A stretch of DNA of 64,000 bases from an uncultured Gammaproteobacteria bacterium (GTDB taxonomy: Bacteria > Patescibacteriota > Microgenomatia > UBA12405 > JAHJSD01), in contig CAYRYE010000001.1 of the NCBI GenBank assembly GCA_964428655.1, positions 376,406 through 440,405 of the forward strand, written 5' to 3'. Numbering within the stretch: position 1 is the stretch's first letter; every line of letters starts with the position of its first letter. The position numbers and the translations under genes are program-made. The notes beneath the pieces are model-generated. The model was not told the DNA's origin and ran no database searches. It saw only the letters and a program-made list of their open reading frames with translations. This document shows positions 9,214 through 19,109 of this stretch, piece after piece.

Positions 9214-11058
9214 TTAAAATAATACTATAACGATTAGTATGAGCAGGACTTCTGGTTGATTTTTTACCATCTCTTGGAAACGGCTATATGTTTGGGTTAT
9301 TGAGTGTGACAAGGAGAAAGGGGGTTTGAAATACTGGTCAATGACAAGCATGTTTGTGTTGTTTTGGGGCATTTGGGCCATTTTAAGCTTCCCGTCGTTG
9401 ATTTTTAAGTCATTGACAGTTAGGAGAAGGTTTTGTTTTTTTGAACTGGCAGTGATTGGTATGTCAATTCTAAAATAGCCAGGATCACCAATGTTGTATG
9501 CTGATATTGTTCTTTGAATAATTAATTCACCGCCCTCTTTTAGTATTTTAATTGTAAACTGATCTTTGCTGATTAAATTGGGATTTTTCAATAAAATTTC
9601 CAGTCGGTAAAGATGGTCTTTTTCAATCTGCAGGCGATAACTTTTTTCTTTTAGTTCTTCTAAGGGGAGGTAAAGAATCTTTGGGTTTAGGACTGATTCC
9701 GACTTCTGGATGGTTGGAATTAGATTGGCGGCAAAAAACATTGTCAAAATAACAGTGGGTGTTAAAAGGACTCCGATTAATCGTTTTTTCTTGGGCAGTC
9801 TTGGCAGTTTAATGCGAATCTTTTTGAGCTTGGGGCTCTTGTCATCGTTTTTCTTCAAAAGATCAATTATAGAATAAATGGCCAGCCCAGCCAGGATTGA
9901 ATGCAGCAAATTGTTAATCAGAATCGTGTCTATTCCTGCCCGGTCAAGATAGTTTTTGATTAATGGCAGGTTTAGGATATTGGGGTTTAGAGGAGAAACA
10001 ATGCCCCATTGAAGGAATTTGTCGTTGAAAAGCATGGTGATTCCTGCAAAAGACAGGAAAATAAGGGAAAACATTAATAAGTTTTTAGCGGTTTTTTGTT
10101 TTTCCCCCAGTTCTAGAGAAAAAATGATGGCCCAGAAGGGCATGAGCCATAAAAACCATTGCGGGTGAAAATGGGAGAATCCAAGGATAATAAGGTTAGC
10201 AGAAAAAAGCAATCGGAAAAGATTTTTTTGTTTGTTTTTCAAATGAAAGGTTAGAAATAATAGAATTGTCAAGAGCAGGGGGTTAATCAGTACCGCTTTT
10301 TGGAAGCCCAGGTTGAAGTTAGCAATAAACATTCTGTTTGCCAGACCGGAAAAGAGCATGTTTTGGCGGAAGTATTTTTGTGAAATAAATGGCAGAAGGG
10401 TGACAAGATAAACAACTATTGGAATAATGGCCAGTTTAATTTTTTTGGCGAGAGTGGATTTAGGATAACTGAAAGCGGCCAACACGGCCCAAATTAGGGG
10501 GTAAGTCTTTATACTGCCGGCTAATCCAAAAATTAAAAAAGCCAGTTTTGGTTTGCTTTGGTAAAAAAGCAAACCCAGCAAAAAAGCGGCAATGACAACA
10601 ATGTCGTTTTGCCCCATCATTACGGCGGAATACAAAGTAATCGGGTTGAAGAGCCAGATTAAAGCGGCAATTTTGGCTCTTTTTTCGTCTTTACTTTCCT
10701 TTTTGACTATCCGGAAAATGAGATAGCCGCTTATTAAGACTAGTATTAAAAGCGGGCTTTTGCTAATTAGATTAAAGCGGTATATTTGGCTGTGTTTTAC
10801 CGCCTCAGTGTTATCTGTGATTAGCCAGTTGACATATTTCTGGCTGGTAACAAGCTTGGTGAGAATGAATTCGGTCTTAAGCACTAAGAAGTGTAGAGGA
10901 GGATAGTGAAAAGGCGGAAAATTTGACTGGGGCCGGTAAACGTCTCGAACCTGTTTATTTAAAGAAGGATAAGAAAGGGTTAGTTTGGTGTCGGGATGAT
11001 AGGTGAATGGCGCTAACAGCAAATAAGCAAAAGCGGATAACAAAAGAATCTTTTTCAT
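9214..11058 (-). CDS. GT-C (GT87/PIG-M-like) membrane glycosyltransferase with C-terminal extracytoplasmic domain
   Basis: HYPPL, WLFNPITLYSAVMMGQND, IKTYP, HPQWFLW; TGtTAGAAT 6 nt before ATG. Confidence 0.75.
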   Translation of the reverse strand: MKKILLLSAFAYLLLAPFTYHPDTKLTLSYPSLNKQVRDVYRPQSNFPPFHYPPLHFLVLKTEFILTKLVTSQKYVNWLITDNTEAVKHSQIYRFNLISKSPLLILVLISGYLIFRIVKKESKDEKRAKIAALIWLFNPITLYSAVMMGQNDIVVIAAFLLGLLFYQSKPKLAFLIFGLAGSIKTYPLIWAVLAAFSYPKSTLAKKIKLAIIPIVVYLVTLLPFISQKYFRQNMLFSGLANRMFIANFNLGFQKAVLINPLLLTILLFLTFHLKNKQKNLFRLLFSANLIILGFSHFHPQWFLWLMPFWAIIFSLELGEKQKTAKNLLMFSLIFLSFAGITMLFNDKFLQWGIVSPLNPNILNLPLIKNYLDRAGIDTILINNLLHSILAGLAIYSIIDLLKKNDDKSPKLKKIRIKLPRLPKKKRLIGVLLTPTVILTMFFAANLIPTIQKSESVLNPKILYLPLEELKEKSYRLQIEKDHLYRLEILLKNPNLISKDQFTIKILKEGGELIIQRTISAYNIGDPGYFRIDIPITASSKKQNLLLTVNDLKINDGKLKMAQMPQNNTNMLVIDQYFKPPFSLSHSITQTYSRFQEMVKNQPEVLLILIVIVLF

Positions 11059-11112
11059 TATTTTATTCTAACACGGAGTGTATAATAAGGTAGTTGGAAT
11101 TATCTTTACAGT

Positions 11113-12396
11113 ATGGTGAAAACAATTTTTTATCTAGCTTTTTTATTAAGATTTGCCTTGTTGTTTTTTCCTAGTCACGGTGATTTAGCTAATCACGCTG
11201 ATTGGGGAGTTAGGTTTTTTGAATATGGATCGAGAAAGTTTTATGCCCCGGAAACAAATGTCTGGTCACATCTTTGGCCCAACCAGCCTCCCTTAACAAT
11301 TTATCTTTTTGCCGCTGTTCGGAAAACTTATGAAGCCATTTATCAACTTTTATGGTGGGTTAATCTTAATGTTCCTATTTTTCCTTCCAAATTAATGTTT
11401 TGGGTGGAAAAAAGCCTTTATCCTCTTATGTTAAAACTTCCCGCCAGTCTAGCCGATCTGGGCATTGGTTGGCTTATTTATCGCTTTGTGAAAAAGAAAA
11501 AAAATGCAAAAAAGGCTCGTGTTGTTCTGGCGCTGTGGCTCTTCAACCCGATTACTTTTTACAATTCCGCGATGTGGGGCCAAACAGACGCAATTATTAA
11601 TTTCTTTGCCTTAGCCTCTATTTTGCTTTTACTCGAGAAAAGAGCAGTCGGGGCGCTCTTGCTATTTGTTGTTTCTTTATTGTTTAAGTTTTCTTTAATT
11701 CTATTTCTCCCTATTATATTATTGATTATTTGGAAAGAGAAGTTGAGTTTTAAAAAGTGGGCATTTATTTTCGCATCAGTCTTTGCTTTGCTTTATTTTG
11801 TTTCTTTGCCTTTTGTTTACGATAAAAGTAGCCCTTTGGTTTGGCTAATCGCTCTTTATAAAGATAAAATTTTAAAGCATCAGCTTCATTATTTGACTGC
11901 TAATGCGTTTAATTTTTGGGGAGCGGTGTCTGGAATGGGGTTTAAGAGTGATTGGGTCAAATTAGCCGGATTGAGTGTTAAATATTGGTCGTGGATATTT
12001 TTAGTATTGTGGCTGGTTCCAATTTTTGTTTCGCTTTATAAAAAGATTTCCGGGGCAAAAGTTATTTTTTCAACATTCTTTGTCGCTTTTTCCTCTTTTG
12101 TTTTCCTGACCAATATGCATGAACGCTATCTTTATCCTGTTTTTCCGTATTTACTGCTCTCAACTATTTTTTACCCTAAGCTTAAAAAACTTTATTTTCT
12201 TTTGTCCGGAATTCATTTGATGAATCTTTATCATTGGTGGTGGAAACCAAGGATTGGTTTTTTGATAAAGTTATTTGAAGTTTGCCAAGGTGCTTTTCCG
12301 CGGCTTCTTTCGCTGATTAATGTTTTACTGCTGATTTGGACAATGCGTTTTTTTCTTTACTCATTGAAAGGAAAGACTATAATAAAAGGGAAATGA
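11113..12396 (+). CDS. GT-C (GT87-like) membrane mannosyltransferase-like protein
   Basis: NQPPL, KLPASLAD, FNPITFYNSAMWGQTD, NAFNFW, MHERYLYP. Confidence 0.8.
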   Translation: MVKTIFYLAFLLRFALLFFPSHGDLANHADWGVRFFEYGSRKFYAPETNVWSHLWPNQPPLTIYLFAAVRKTYEAIYQLLWWVNLNVPIFPSKLMFWVEKSLYPLMLKLPASLADLGIGWLIYRFVKKKKNAKKARVVLALWLFNPITFYNSAMWGQTDAIINFFALASILLLLEKRAVGALLLFVVSLLFKFSLILFLPIILLIIWKEKLSFKKWAFIFASVFALLYFVSLPFVYDKSSPLVWLIALYKDKILKHQLHYLTANAFNFWGAVSGMGFKSDWVKLAGLSVKYWSWIFLVLWLVPIFVSLYKKISGAKVIFSTFFVAFSSFVFLTNMHERYLYPVFPYLLLSTIFYPKLKKLYFLLSGIHLMNLYHWWWKPRIGFLIKLFEVCQGAFPRLLSLINVLLLIWTMRFFLYSLKGKTIIKGK

Positions 12397-14099
12397 AGAC
12401 TATTTTTCGAGGTTTAAACAAGAGGTTTTGGCTGGCATTGGGCTTTTTAGCGCTAGTCGCTTTTTTAAGACTTTATAGGTTGAATGAAATTCCTCCGGCA
12501 GTTTTTGGGGACGAAGCTGACGTCGGTTATCATGCCTATTCTCTTTGGAAAACAGGAAAAGACTATTATGGACAGCTTTTACCGATTTACATTCGTTCCT
12601 TGGCAGAATGGAGAACGCCCCTTTTAATGTATATAACTGCTCCTTTTGTTGGCGTCTTTGGACTTAATGAATGGGGATTAAGATTGCCTTCGGCTGTTTT
12701 TGGAATATTATCGATAGTTATATTTTATTTGTTGGTAAAAGAATTATTTAAGGATCGATTGATTGCCGGCTTGGCCACTTTGTTTTTGGCTACTTCGCCT
12801 TGGCACATTCAATATAGTCGAATGGCTTTTGAATTGTCTTTTTTGCTTTTCCTGTTTTTGGCCGCTATATATTTGACCCTTGTTGCTTATCGGAAAAATT
12901 GGCTGTTGGTTTTAGCGGCAATTTTTTGGGGCTTGACACCGTATGCTTACAGCACGGCTAACGTTTTGATGCCGCTTTTGCTTGGTTTGCTAGTTTTTGT
13001 TTATCGAAAGAGGATGTTGAAGATCGAGAGAAAATGGCTTTTGGTTTCGATTGTAGTTTTAGGCTTGCTTTTAATTCCAATTGGCAGGGAAATTATTTGG
13101 GGGCACGCCGCTGATAGGGCAAAGTTATTCAGTGTTTTTGGCCACCAGGGGCATCTTGGAGAAATAATTTTTCAAAGGGAAATGGGGGGGTTTTCTTTTT
13201 GGGAAAGAATTTTTCATAATCGGCCTTTGAGTTGGCTGCGATTGATAGGACTTAATTATTTGAGCGCTTTTTCACCATTATTTTTGCTGGAGCGCGGTGA
13301 TGTAACTTTTCGCCATTCGGTTCAAAAGATGGGCCAAATTCTTTGGTCTCAATTGCCCTTGCTTATCTTAGGGGTATATTATTTAGCCGCTAAAGCTAAA
13401 AAGGAGCAAAAATATTTTTGGTTGGGGTGGCTGCTGATTGCTCCGATTCCTGCATCTTTAACTTGGGATGGAGCCTGCCACACCAGCCGGCTTTTTTTAT
13501 TGCTTCCACCATTGATGGTGATTTTTTCAGTGGGTCTGCTTGAAGGAGTTAAATCAATCAGGTCAAAGTTATTAAGGAAAGGATTTTTAGCCTTTTGGTC
13601 AATTTGGCTTTTGATTGGATTCATATTTTATCTTCACCGTTATTATGTTCATTATCCAATTGAATCTTGGCGTTGGTGGCATCTGGGTTACAAAAAAGCG
13701 ATGAATTATATTCAAAAACATGATGACGAATATGAATTGATTGTTATTAATAACACTTATGAGCCGGCCCTGCTTCATTTTTTGTTTGAGACCGGCTACG
13801 ATCCGATTGAATTTCACCGAAATTTTAAAGGAGATGTTCCTAGAGAAAACGCGTTGCCCGGCATTGACGCTTTTTCCTTAGGAGATAAATATTATTTTGG
13901 CACTATTAGCCAAGAGGTGAAAGAATCCGGGGGGATTCCAGTTGTTTTAAGCCCTAAAATGCTTTATTTGATTTCTCAGGAAAAAGAGGTTGGCGGCGAT
14001 TGGGATTGGAGAAAAGATCCACCTTCCGGGGTAAAGGTTTTGGAAACTGCCGTCAATCCTTATAACAAACCAATTTTTTACTTAGTTACTCATGAATAG
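12393..14099 (+). CDS. ArnT/PMT-like (GT39/GT83) glycosyltransferase, paralog 1
   Basis: ATGA overlap; GDEADVGYHAYSLWKTGKD, LRLPSA, SPWHIQYSR; about 11-13 TMs. Confidence 0.85.
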   Translation: MKTIFRGLNKRFWLALGFLALVAFLRLYRLNEIPPAVFGDEADVGYHAYSLWKTGKDYYGQLLPIYIRSLAEWRTPLLMYITAPFVGVFGLNEWGLRLPSAVFGILSIVIFYLLVKELFKDRLIAGLATLFLATSPWHIQYSRMAFELSFLLFLFLAAIYLTLVAYRKNWLLVLAAIFWGLTPYAYSTANVLMPLLLGLLVFVYRKRMLKIERKWLLVSIVVLGLLLIPIGREIIWGHAADRAKLFSVFGHQGHLGEIIFQREMGGFSFWERIFHNRPLSWLRLIGLNYLSAFSPLFLLERGDVTFRHSVQKMGQILWSQLPLLILGVYYLAAKAKKEQKYFWLGWLLIAPIPASLTWDGACHTSRLFLLLPPLMVIFSVGLLEGVKSIRSKLLRKGFLAFWSIWLLIGFIFYLHRYYVHYPIESWRWWHLGYKKAMNYIQKHDDEYELIVINNTYEPALLHFLFETGYDPIEFHRNFKGDVPRENALPGIDAFSLGDKYYFGTISQEVKESGGIPVVLSPKMLYLISQEKEVGGDWDWRKDPPSGVKVLETAVNPYNKPIFYLVTHE

Positions 14100-15759
14100 A
14101 AAACTAACAATTATTGTCATTTTAGTTTTAGCTTGTTTTTTGCGCTTGTGGCGGCTTGATAAATTTCCGCCGGGATTTACTCCTGATGAGGCGGCTCAGG
14201 GGTACACTGCCTATTCGATTCTGAAAACTGGCAAAGATGAGTGGGGTAAGCAATGGCCGCTTAATTTTCGTTCTTTTGGCGATTTTAAGCCGCCGCTTCA
14301 AACTTATTTAATGATTCCTTCAATAGCGGTTTTTGGCTTAAACAAATTTGCTGTTCGTTTTCCAAATGCAGCCTTAGGAATTTTGGCCATTTTGGGTGTT
14401 TTTCTTTTGGTAAAAAAACTTTTTGCCAATAAATTGATTGCCGTTATTTCTTCAATGTTATTAGCTTTTTCTCCTTGGCATATTATGCTTTCTCGGGGTG
14501 CTTTTGAAGCCAACTTAACTGTTTTCTTTATCTCTTTTGGGATTTATTTTTTGTTGAAAAATCAGCAATTCTTGGCCGCTCTTTTTTTAGGTTTAAATAT
14601 GTTCTCTTATCACAGCGCTAAAATATTAACTCCATTAATAATTTTATTATTTATTATTTATCATTTATCTTCTTTAAAGATTAAGATTTCTAAATTAATA
14701 ATTAATAATTCAAAATTCATAGTTATATTCTCTATATTTTTCTTAATTTCTTTTTCCTCATTTTTCTCTGGCGGCCAGAACAGGGGGCTGGATATTGCTA
14801 TTTTTAATCCGACAGACAAATGGCAGGCAGTAGCTGATGAGCGTTGGTGGGGGGTGAAAAATAATTTGCCTGATTTCATCGCTAGGCTTTTCCATAATAA
14901 AGCAACTTATTCTCTGTCAAAATTTGCTAAAAATTATCTCTCTTATTTTTCACCTCAGTTTTTATTCTCAGAAGGGCCGGGCGAGGGGACTTACGGCATG
15001 ATTCCGGGGCGGGGAGTGTTATGGTGGTGGGAGCTGCCGATAATTTTATTCGGACTTTATTGGTTGGTTAAAAAACCAAACAAAGAAACAATTTTAATAT
15101 TGGCGATGATTCTTTTAGTGCCGATTCCGGCCGCTTTAACTAAAGGAACGAGAGCCGCTAATCGAGCCGCAGTAATGATGCCTTGGATTCAGGTGTTTGG
15201 CGCTTGGAGCATTTGGAAGCTCAAAGCTGCATCTAAAAACTTAAAACTTTTTAAGAAAATGTCTTTTGTTTTCCTTGTTTCCTTATCTCTTTATCTTTTT
15301 ATCTCTTTTTTTGAAGACTATTTTATTCAGTCACCAAGAAAAATTGCCAAATCAATGCTTTACGGTCGGTGCGAAGCAATGGAGTATGTGGCTGAAAATA
15401 TGACTGATGCGGAAAACATCATTGTTTCCAGAAAATTATCAGAGCCTCAGGCTTATGTATTATTTTGCCTTAAATATCCCCCAAAACTGGCCCAAAAAGA
15501 AGTTCCTAATTGGTTGGAATATCAAGAAAAAGGCCTAAGTTTTGTGGACCAGTTGGGAGAATATCGTTTAGGGAAATTTGTTTTTAGAGAATTAAATTGG
15601 CAATCAGATTCAAAACTAGACAACACGATTTTGGTTGGTTTGCCAAAAGAGTTTCCTGCTGACATTGAATCAAAGGAGATTATTAATTATCCAAATGGCG
15701 AGCCGGCAGTTATTATTTATCAGGTTCCAAAACAAAATGTTTATGCTTCAAAGTCTTAA
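14092..15759 (+). CDS. ArnT/PMT-like glycosyltransferase, paralog 2
   Basis: PDEAAQGYTAYSILKTGKDEWG, GDFKPP, SPWHIMLSR. Confidence 0.85.
   Translation: MNRKLTIIVILVLACFLRLWRLDKFPPGFTPDEAAQGYTAYSILKTGKDEWGKQWPLNFRSFGDFKPPLQTYLMIPSIAVFGLNKFAVRFPNAALGILAILGVFLLVKKLFANKLIAVISSMLLAFSPWHIMLSRGAFEANLTVFFISFGIYFLLKNQQFLAALFLGLNMFSYHSAKILTPLIILLFIIYHLSSLKIKISKLIINNSKFIVIFSIFFLISFSSFFSGGQNRGLDIAIFNPTDKWQAVADERWWGVKNNLPDFIARLFHNKATYSLSKFAKNYLSYFSPQFLFSEGPGEGTYGMIPGRGVLWWWELPIILFGLYWLVKKPNKETILILAMILLVPIPAALTKGTRAANRAAVMMPWIQVFGAWSIWKLKAASKNLKLFKKMSFVFLVSLSLYLFISFFEDYFIQSPRKIAKSMLYGRCEAMEYVAENMTDAENIIVSRKLSEPQAYVLFCLKYPPKLAQKEVPNWLEYQEKGLSFVDQLGEYRLGKFVFRELNWQSDSKLDNTILVGLPKEFPADIESKEIINYPNGEPAVIIYQVPKQNVYASKS
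14647..14720 (+). repeat. Two degenerate 7-nt tandem arrays, in frame
   Basis: ttattta ttattta tcattta (14647-14667); aattaat aattaat aattcaa aattcat (14693-14720). Confidence 0.55.
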
Positions 15760-17371
15760 ATTAAAGTTCAAAAAAGAAACGCTTTTCTTAATGGCGGTTG
15801 TTTTTCTGTCTCTTTTTTTGAGAATTTACAAAATTTCTAATAATCCGCCCTCTTTGAACTGGGACGAAGTTTCTCATGGGTTTAACGCTTATTCCGTCTT
15901 AAGAACAGGAAGAGACGAGTGGGGTAAGAGATTTCCATTAATTTTTCAGGCCTATGGTGATTACAAACTACCCCTTTATATTTATCTCACTGTTATCCCG
16001 GTGAAACTATTGGGGCTGAATCCCTTGAGTGTTAGACTAGTTTCCATTCTTTCCGGAGTTGGTTTAACCATGGTTGCTTATTTTTTAACCAAAAAATTAA
16101 CTAAAAACTCTCTGGCGGCAAACCTGGCGGCATTTTTAGTTGCTGTTTCTCCTTGGAGCTTTTTTCTTTCTCGGGTAGCGGTTGAAGCCAATTTGGCTGC
16201 TTTTCTTTTTTCCCTGGGATTTCTTTTTATTTTAAAAGAAAAATATTTTTTAACCGCCTTTTTTTGGGGATTGAGCTTGCACAGTTATAATTCGGCTCGG
16301 GTTTTGGCTCCTCTAATGTTTTTGTTTCTTGTTCTTAATTCAATTAAAAAAAGAAAAATTAAAAAACAAATATTGCCCGCCATTATATTTATATTATTCT
16401 TTATTCCGATTATTCTGCAATTTTTGGGAAAATCAGGTGGAGCGAGATTTTATTGGGTTTCACCGATTGATCAGGGAGTAATTAATCGAATAATTGAAAA
16501 AAGAATCAGTTCTTCTTTGCCGAAGACAATAGTCAGATTGATTTACAATCGGCCTGTTTATTTTATTGGCTATTCAATCAGAAATTACTTTAGCCACTTA
16601 ACTGCCAATTTTTTATTTTTAAAAGGAGGCAGCCATTACCAATTCTCTTTGCCTAATCATGGTCTTCTTTATTTAGTTACCGCCCCATTTTTAATAATTG
16701 GCCTGATTTGGCTGATTGCCGAAAGAAAATGGCTGTTGCTCTTTTGGGCTTTTGCTTCTTTTGTTCCCGCGGCTATTACCAGAGATTCGCCTCATGTTTT
16801 AAGAAGCATTTTAGTTTTGCCTTTGCCAATGATTTTTGCTTCTCTTGGAGTTTGGCAGACATTAGAATGGCTTAAGAAAAAATCTAAACTGGGGGGGAAG
16901 CTTTTTCTTTCAGCCTTTATTATTATAGTATTAATTAGTTTTGTGTTTTGGTGGAAGAATTATTGGCAGATTTACAGAATTCATTACTCTTGGTCCTGGC
17001 AGTATGGCTGCAAGCAGGTAATTGATTATGCTAAAGAGAATTACAGCGAGTACGATAAAATTGTTTTTACCAAGAAATATGGCGAGCCTCACGAGTTTAT
17101 TTTGTTTTATTGGCCTTGGGAGCCTGAGTTTTATCAGCAGGATCCTAGGAGAGTTTGGGATTATCATGCTAATTGGTATTGGGTTGACTCTTTTGACAAA
17201 TTCGAATTTTGGAATGATTGGGAAGTAAAAGAAAAACTCAAAACTACAACTCAAAACTCAAAGCTTTTATTAATTACTTCACCGGGAAATTGGCCAGAAG
17301 AAGGGGAATTACTTAAAACAATTGAATTTTTGGATAAAGGCAAAGTTTTTGAAGTAGTAGAGTATAAGTAG
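15737..17371 (+). CDS. ArnT/PMT-like glycosyltransferase, paralog 3
   Basis: WDEVSHGFNAYSVLRTGRDEWG, GDYKLP, SPWSFFLSR; start moved to the first in-frame ATG. Confidence 0.85.
   Translation: MFMLQSLKLKFKKETLFLMAVVFLSLFLRIYKISNNPPSLNWDEVSHGFNAYSVLRTGRDEWGKRFPLIFQAYGDYKLPLYIYLTVIPVKLLGLNPLSVRLVSILSGVGLTMVAYFLTKKLTKNSLAANLAAFLVAVSPWSFFLSRVAVEANLAAFLFSLGFLFILKEKYFLTAFFWGLSLHSYNSARVLAPLMFLFLVLNSIKKRKIKKQILPAIIFILFFIPIILQFLGKSGGARFYWVSPIDQGVINRIIEKRISSSLPKTIVRLIYNRPVYFIGYSIRNYFSHLTANFLFLKGGSHYQFSLPNHGLLYLVTAPFLIIGLIWLIAERKWLLLFWAFASFVPAAITRDSPHVLRSILVLPLPMIFASLGVWQTLEWLKKKSKLGGKLFLSAFIIIVLISFVFWWKNYWQIYRIHYSWSWQYGCKQVIDYAKENYSEYDKIVFTKKYGEPHEFILFYWPWEPEFYQQDPRRVWDYHANWYWVDSFDKFEFWNDWEVKEKLKTTTQNSKLLLITSPGNWPEEGELLKTIEFLDKGKVFEVVEYK
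17234..17267 (+). repeat. Degenerate 7-nt tandem array, in frame
   Basis: aaactca aaactac aactca aaactca aagcttt (KLKTTTQNSKL). Confidence 0.65.
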
Positions 17372-17383
17372 GAAACAAGATAT

Positions 17384-17611
17384 TTAAAGTTGTCGAGTTA
17401 AGTTCGCTACACAAATAGGGTATCCATAATAGTGGTGTGGTCTTCCCACCGAGCAACGGAGGTCATGTTCTCCGCCCCTTCCTTCAACGCGTTTTGGACA
17501 AGATTTTGCTGTTGTTCCATTTTCTGTCTGAACGCTTACTCTTGCATAGGCTCTTACTGAACCTCTGCCAGACCGATCCCTTGTTCTGCCTCCACAAAAT
17601 GCTTCAGCCAT
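17384..17611 (-). CDS. Small orphan Arg/Gly-rich protein with 4 Cys (75 aa)
   Basis: Extended -10 TGgTAAAAT 6 nt upstream of ATG; fills the gap between paralog 3 and the cfr-like gene. Confidence 0.55.
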   Translation of the reverse strand: MAEAFCGGRTRDRSGRGSVRAYARVSVQTENGTTAKSCPKRVEGRGGEHDLRCSVGRPHHYYGYPICVANLTRQL

Positions 17612-17722
17612 GCCTGCATTTTACCATATTCGCAAGGAACCACCTGGGCCGTGTGTCCCAGAGGCTATGCGTTTCATTGTTGAAGCTTCTGCGATTTTGA
17701 CTTTAGTTGTAAAATATAAGGG

Positions 17723-18793
17723 ATGAAAAACAAAACTAATTTTGAAACTACAAGGTTTGATCTTATTAGAGAGTTTTTGAAATCGAAAAATGAACCCAAT
17801 TACAGGTTTAAGCAATTGGTGGATGGAATATTTAAACAGCGAGTGAACGAGTTTGAAGAAATTATGGTTTTACCAAAACCGCTTCGGATTGAGCTTAAAC
17901 AAAAATTTGGCTCAGTGTTAACAGTCAAAGTGCTTAGGAAAACTAAATCGTCCCAAGCTACCAAAGTTCTTTTTGGACTGCATGATGGTGAGCGCGTAGA
18001 AATGGTAGAAATGGATTTTAAAGGAGAAAAAAGAAAATGGAAATCCTTGTGTGTTTCTTCTCAAGTTGGTTGTGCTTTAGGGTGCGCTTTTTGTGCCACA
18101 GGAAAAATTGGTTTGAAGAGAAATATGACACCGGATGAAATTATTGACCAAGTGCTTTATTTTCATCTTCAGGGCAGTAATATTAATAGTATCTCATTTA
18201 TGGGAATGGGGGAGCCCTTAGTTAATCCAGCGGTTTTTACTGCAATTAAGGCCTTCACTGACAAGAATCTTTTTAATTTCAGCCCGCGAAGAATTAGTGT
18301 TTCTACAGTCGGTATTGTTCCGGGAATTAAAAAATTGATTAAGCAATTTCCTCAAGTTAATATTGCCTTCTCATTGCAGACTCCATTTGAAAGGCAAAGA
18401 AGAGAGTTAATGCCGATTAGCAAACAGTATCCGATCAGGGAGGTTTTAGCGGCTTTGGACGATCATATTAGGAAAAACAAAAGAAAAGTGTTTTTGACCT
18501 ACATAATGCTGAAAGAAGTTAATGACACGGAAAGGCATTTGTTGGCTTTAAAAAAGTTAATTAAGAGCAGAGGTAAAACTTCTTATCTCTATCATGTGAA
18601 TTTGATTAGATATAATCCGGCTGTCATGGTGGGGGGAAGATTTCAATGTTCTTATAAAGCTAAAATTGAACACTTTAGGCAAGAATTGGAAAAGGCGGAA
18701 ATCAATGTCACTTTAAGACAATCTTTCGGTGTTAAACATCAGGCTGCTTGTGGGCAGTTGTATGCGGAATACGATTCCGTCCCTATTCGTTGA
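17723..18793 (+). CDS. cfr: Cfr-family radical SAM 23S rRNA A2503 methyltransferase (Cfr/RlmN family, Cfr-like branch)
   Basis: CxxxCxxC (CALGCAFC), MGMGEP, C-terminal AACGQLY; Cfr-type segments NEPNYRFKQ..IFKQR, DQVLYFHL, SPRRISVST, PQVN, LYHVNLIRYNP. C8 versus C2 specificity is not determinable from sequence. Confidence 0.8.
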   Translation: MKNKTNFETTRFDLIREFLKSKNEPNYRFKQLVDGIFKQRVNEFEEIMVLPKPLRIELKQKFGSVLTVKVLRKTKSSQATKVLFGLHDGERVEMVEMDFKGEKRKWKSLCVSSQVGCALGCAFCATGKIGLKRNMTPDEIIDQVLYFHLQGSNINSISFMGMGEPLVNPAVFTAIKAFTDKNLFNFSPRRISVSTVGIVPGIKKLIKQFPQVNIAFSLQTPFERQRRELMPISKQYPIREVLAALDDHIRKNKRKVFLTYIMLKEVNDTERHLLALKKLIKSRGKTSYLYHVNLIRYNPAVMVGGRFQCSYKAKIEHFRQELEKAEINVTLRQSFGVKHQAACGQLYAEYDSVPIR

Positions 18794-18837
18794 GTTAGAC
18801 TTGGTTTGCACACGGTCGCGCCGCGCTTATTAGTGGG

Positions 18838-19029
18838 CTATGCAGCCTCTGGGCAGCTGCGCCTACTGCCTTCACACCTGTAAAAAGTGTTACTTCTTCC
18901 TCCGGGCGATGGAGCTAATCTTGAGCATCCTCTTCTCAAACATCCAGCATATTTTTCTCTCAACCCTGTGAAAGTGCCTGAATATTTTTCTTTAAGTTCT
19001 AGCATTGGCGGTAGCTTTTTTTCTGCCAT
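18838..19029 (-). CDS. Small orphan basic protein with 4 Cys (63 aa), possible Zn-binding
   Basis: TGtTATAAT 6 nt upstream of ATG; C-x4-C-x16-C-x6-C. Confidence 0.55.
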   Translation of the reverse strand: MAEKKLPPMLELKEKYSGTFTGLREKYAGCLRRGCSRLAPSPGGRSNTFYRCEGSRRSCPEAA

Positions 19030-19109
19030 AGAAAAATTATAACAAAAGAAATAAAATAATAAAATAACCTCCGAGACACGGCACCTGGGAAGAAAACTCC
19101 TTTACCTTG

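Noticed and set aside
17437-17815. ORFs 17437-17700(+) and 17621-17815(-)
   Set aside because: They conflict with 17384-17611(-), which has an ATG and an extended -10, and with the cfr-like start; no supporting signals
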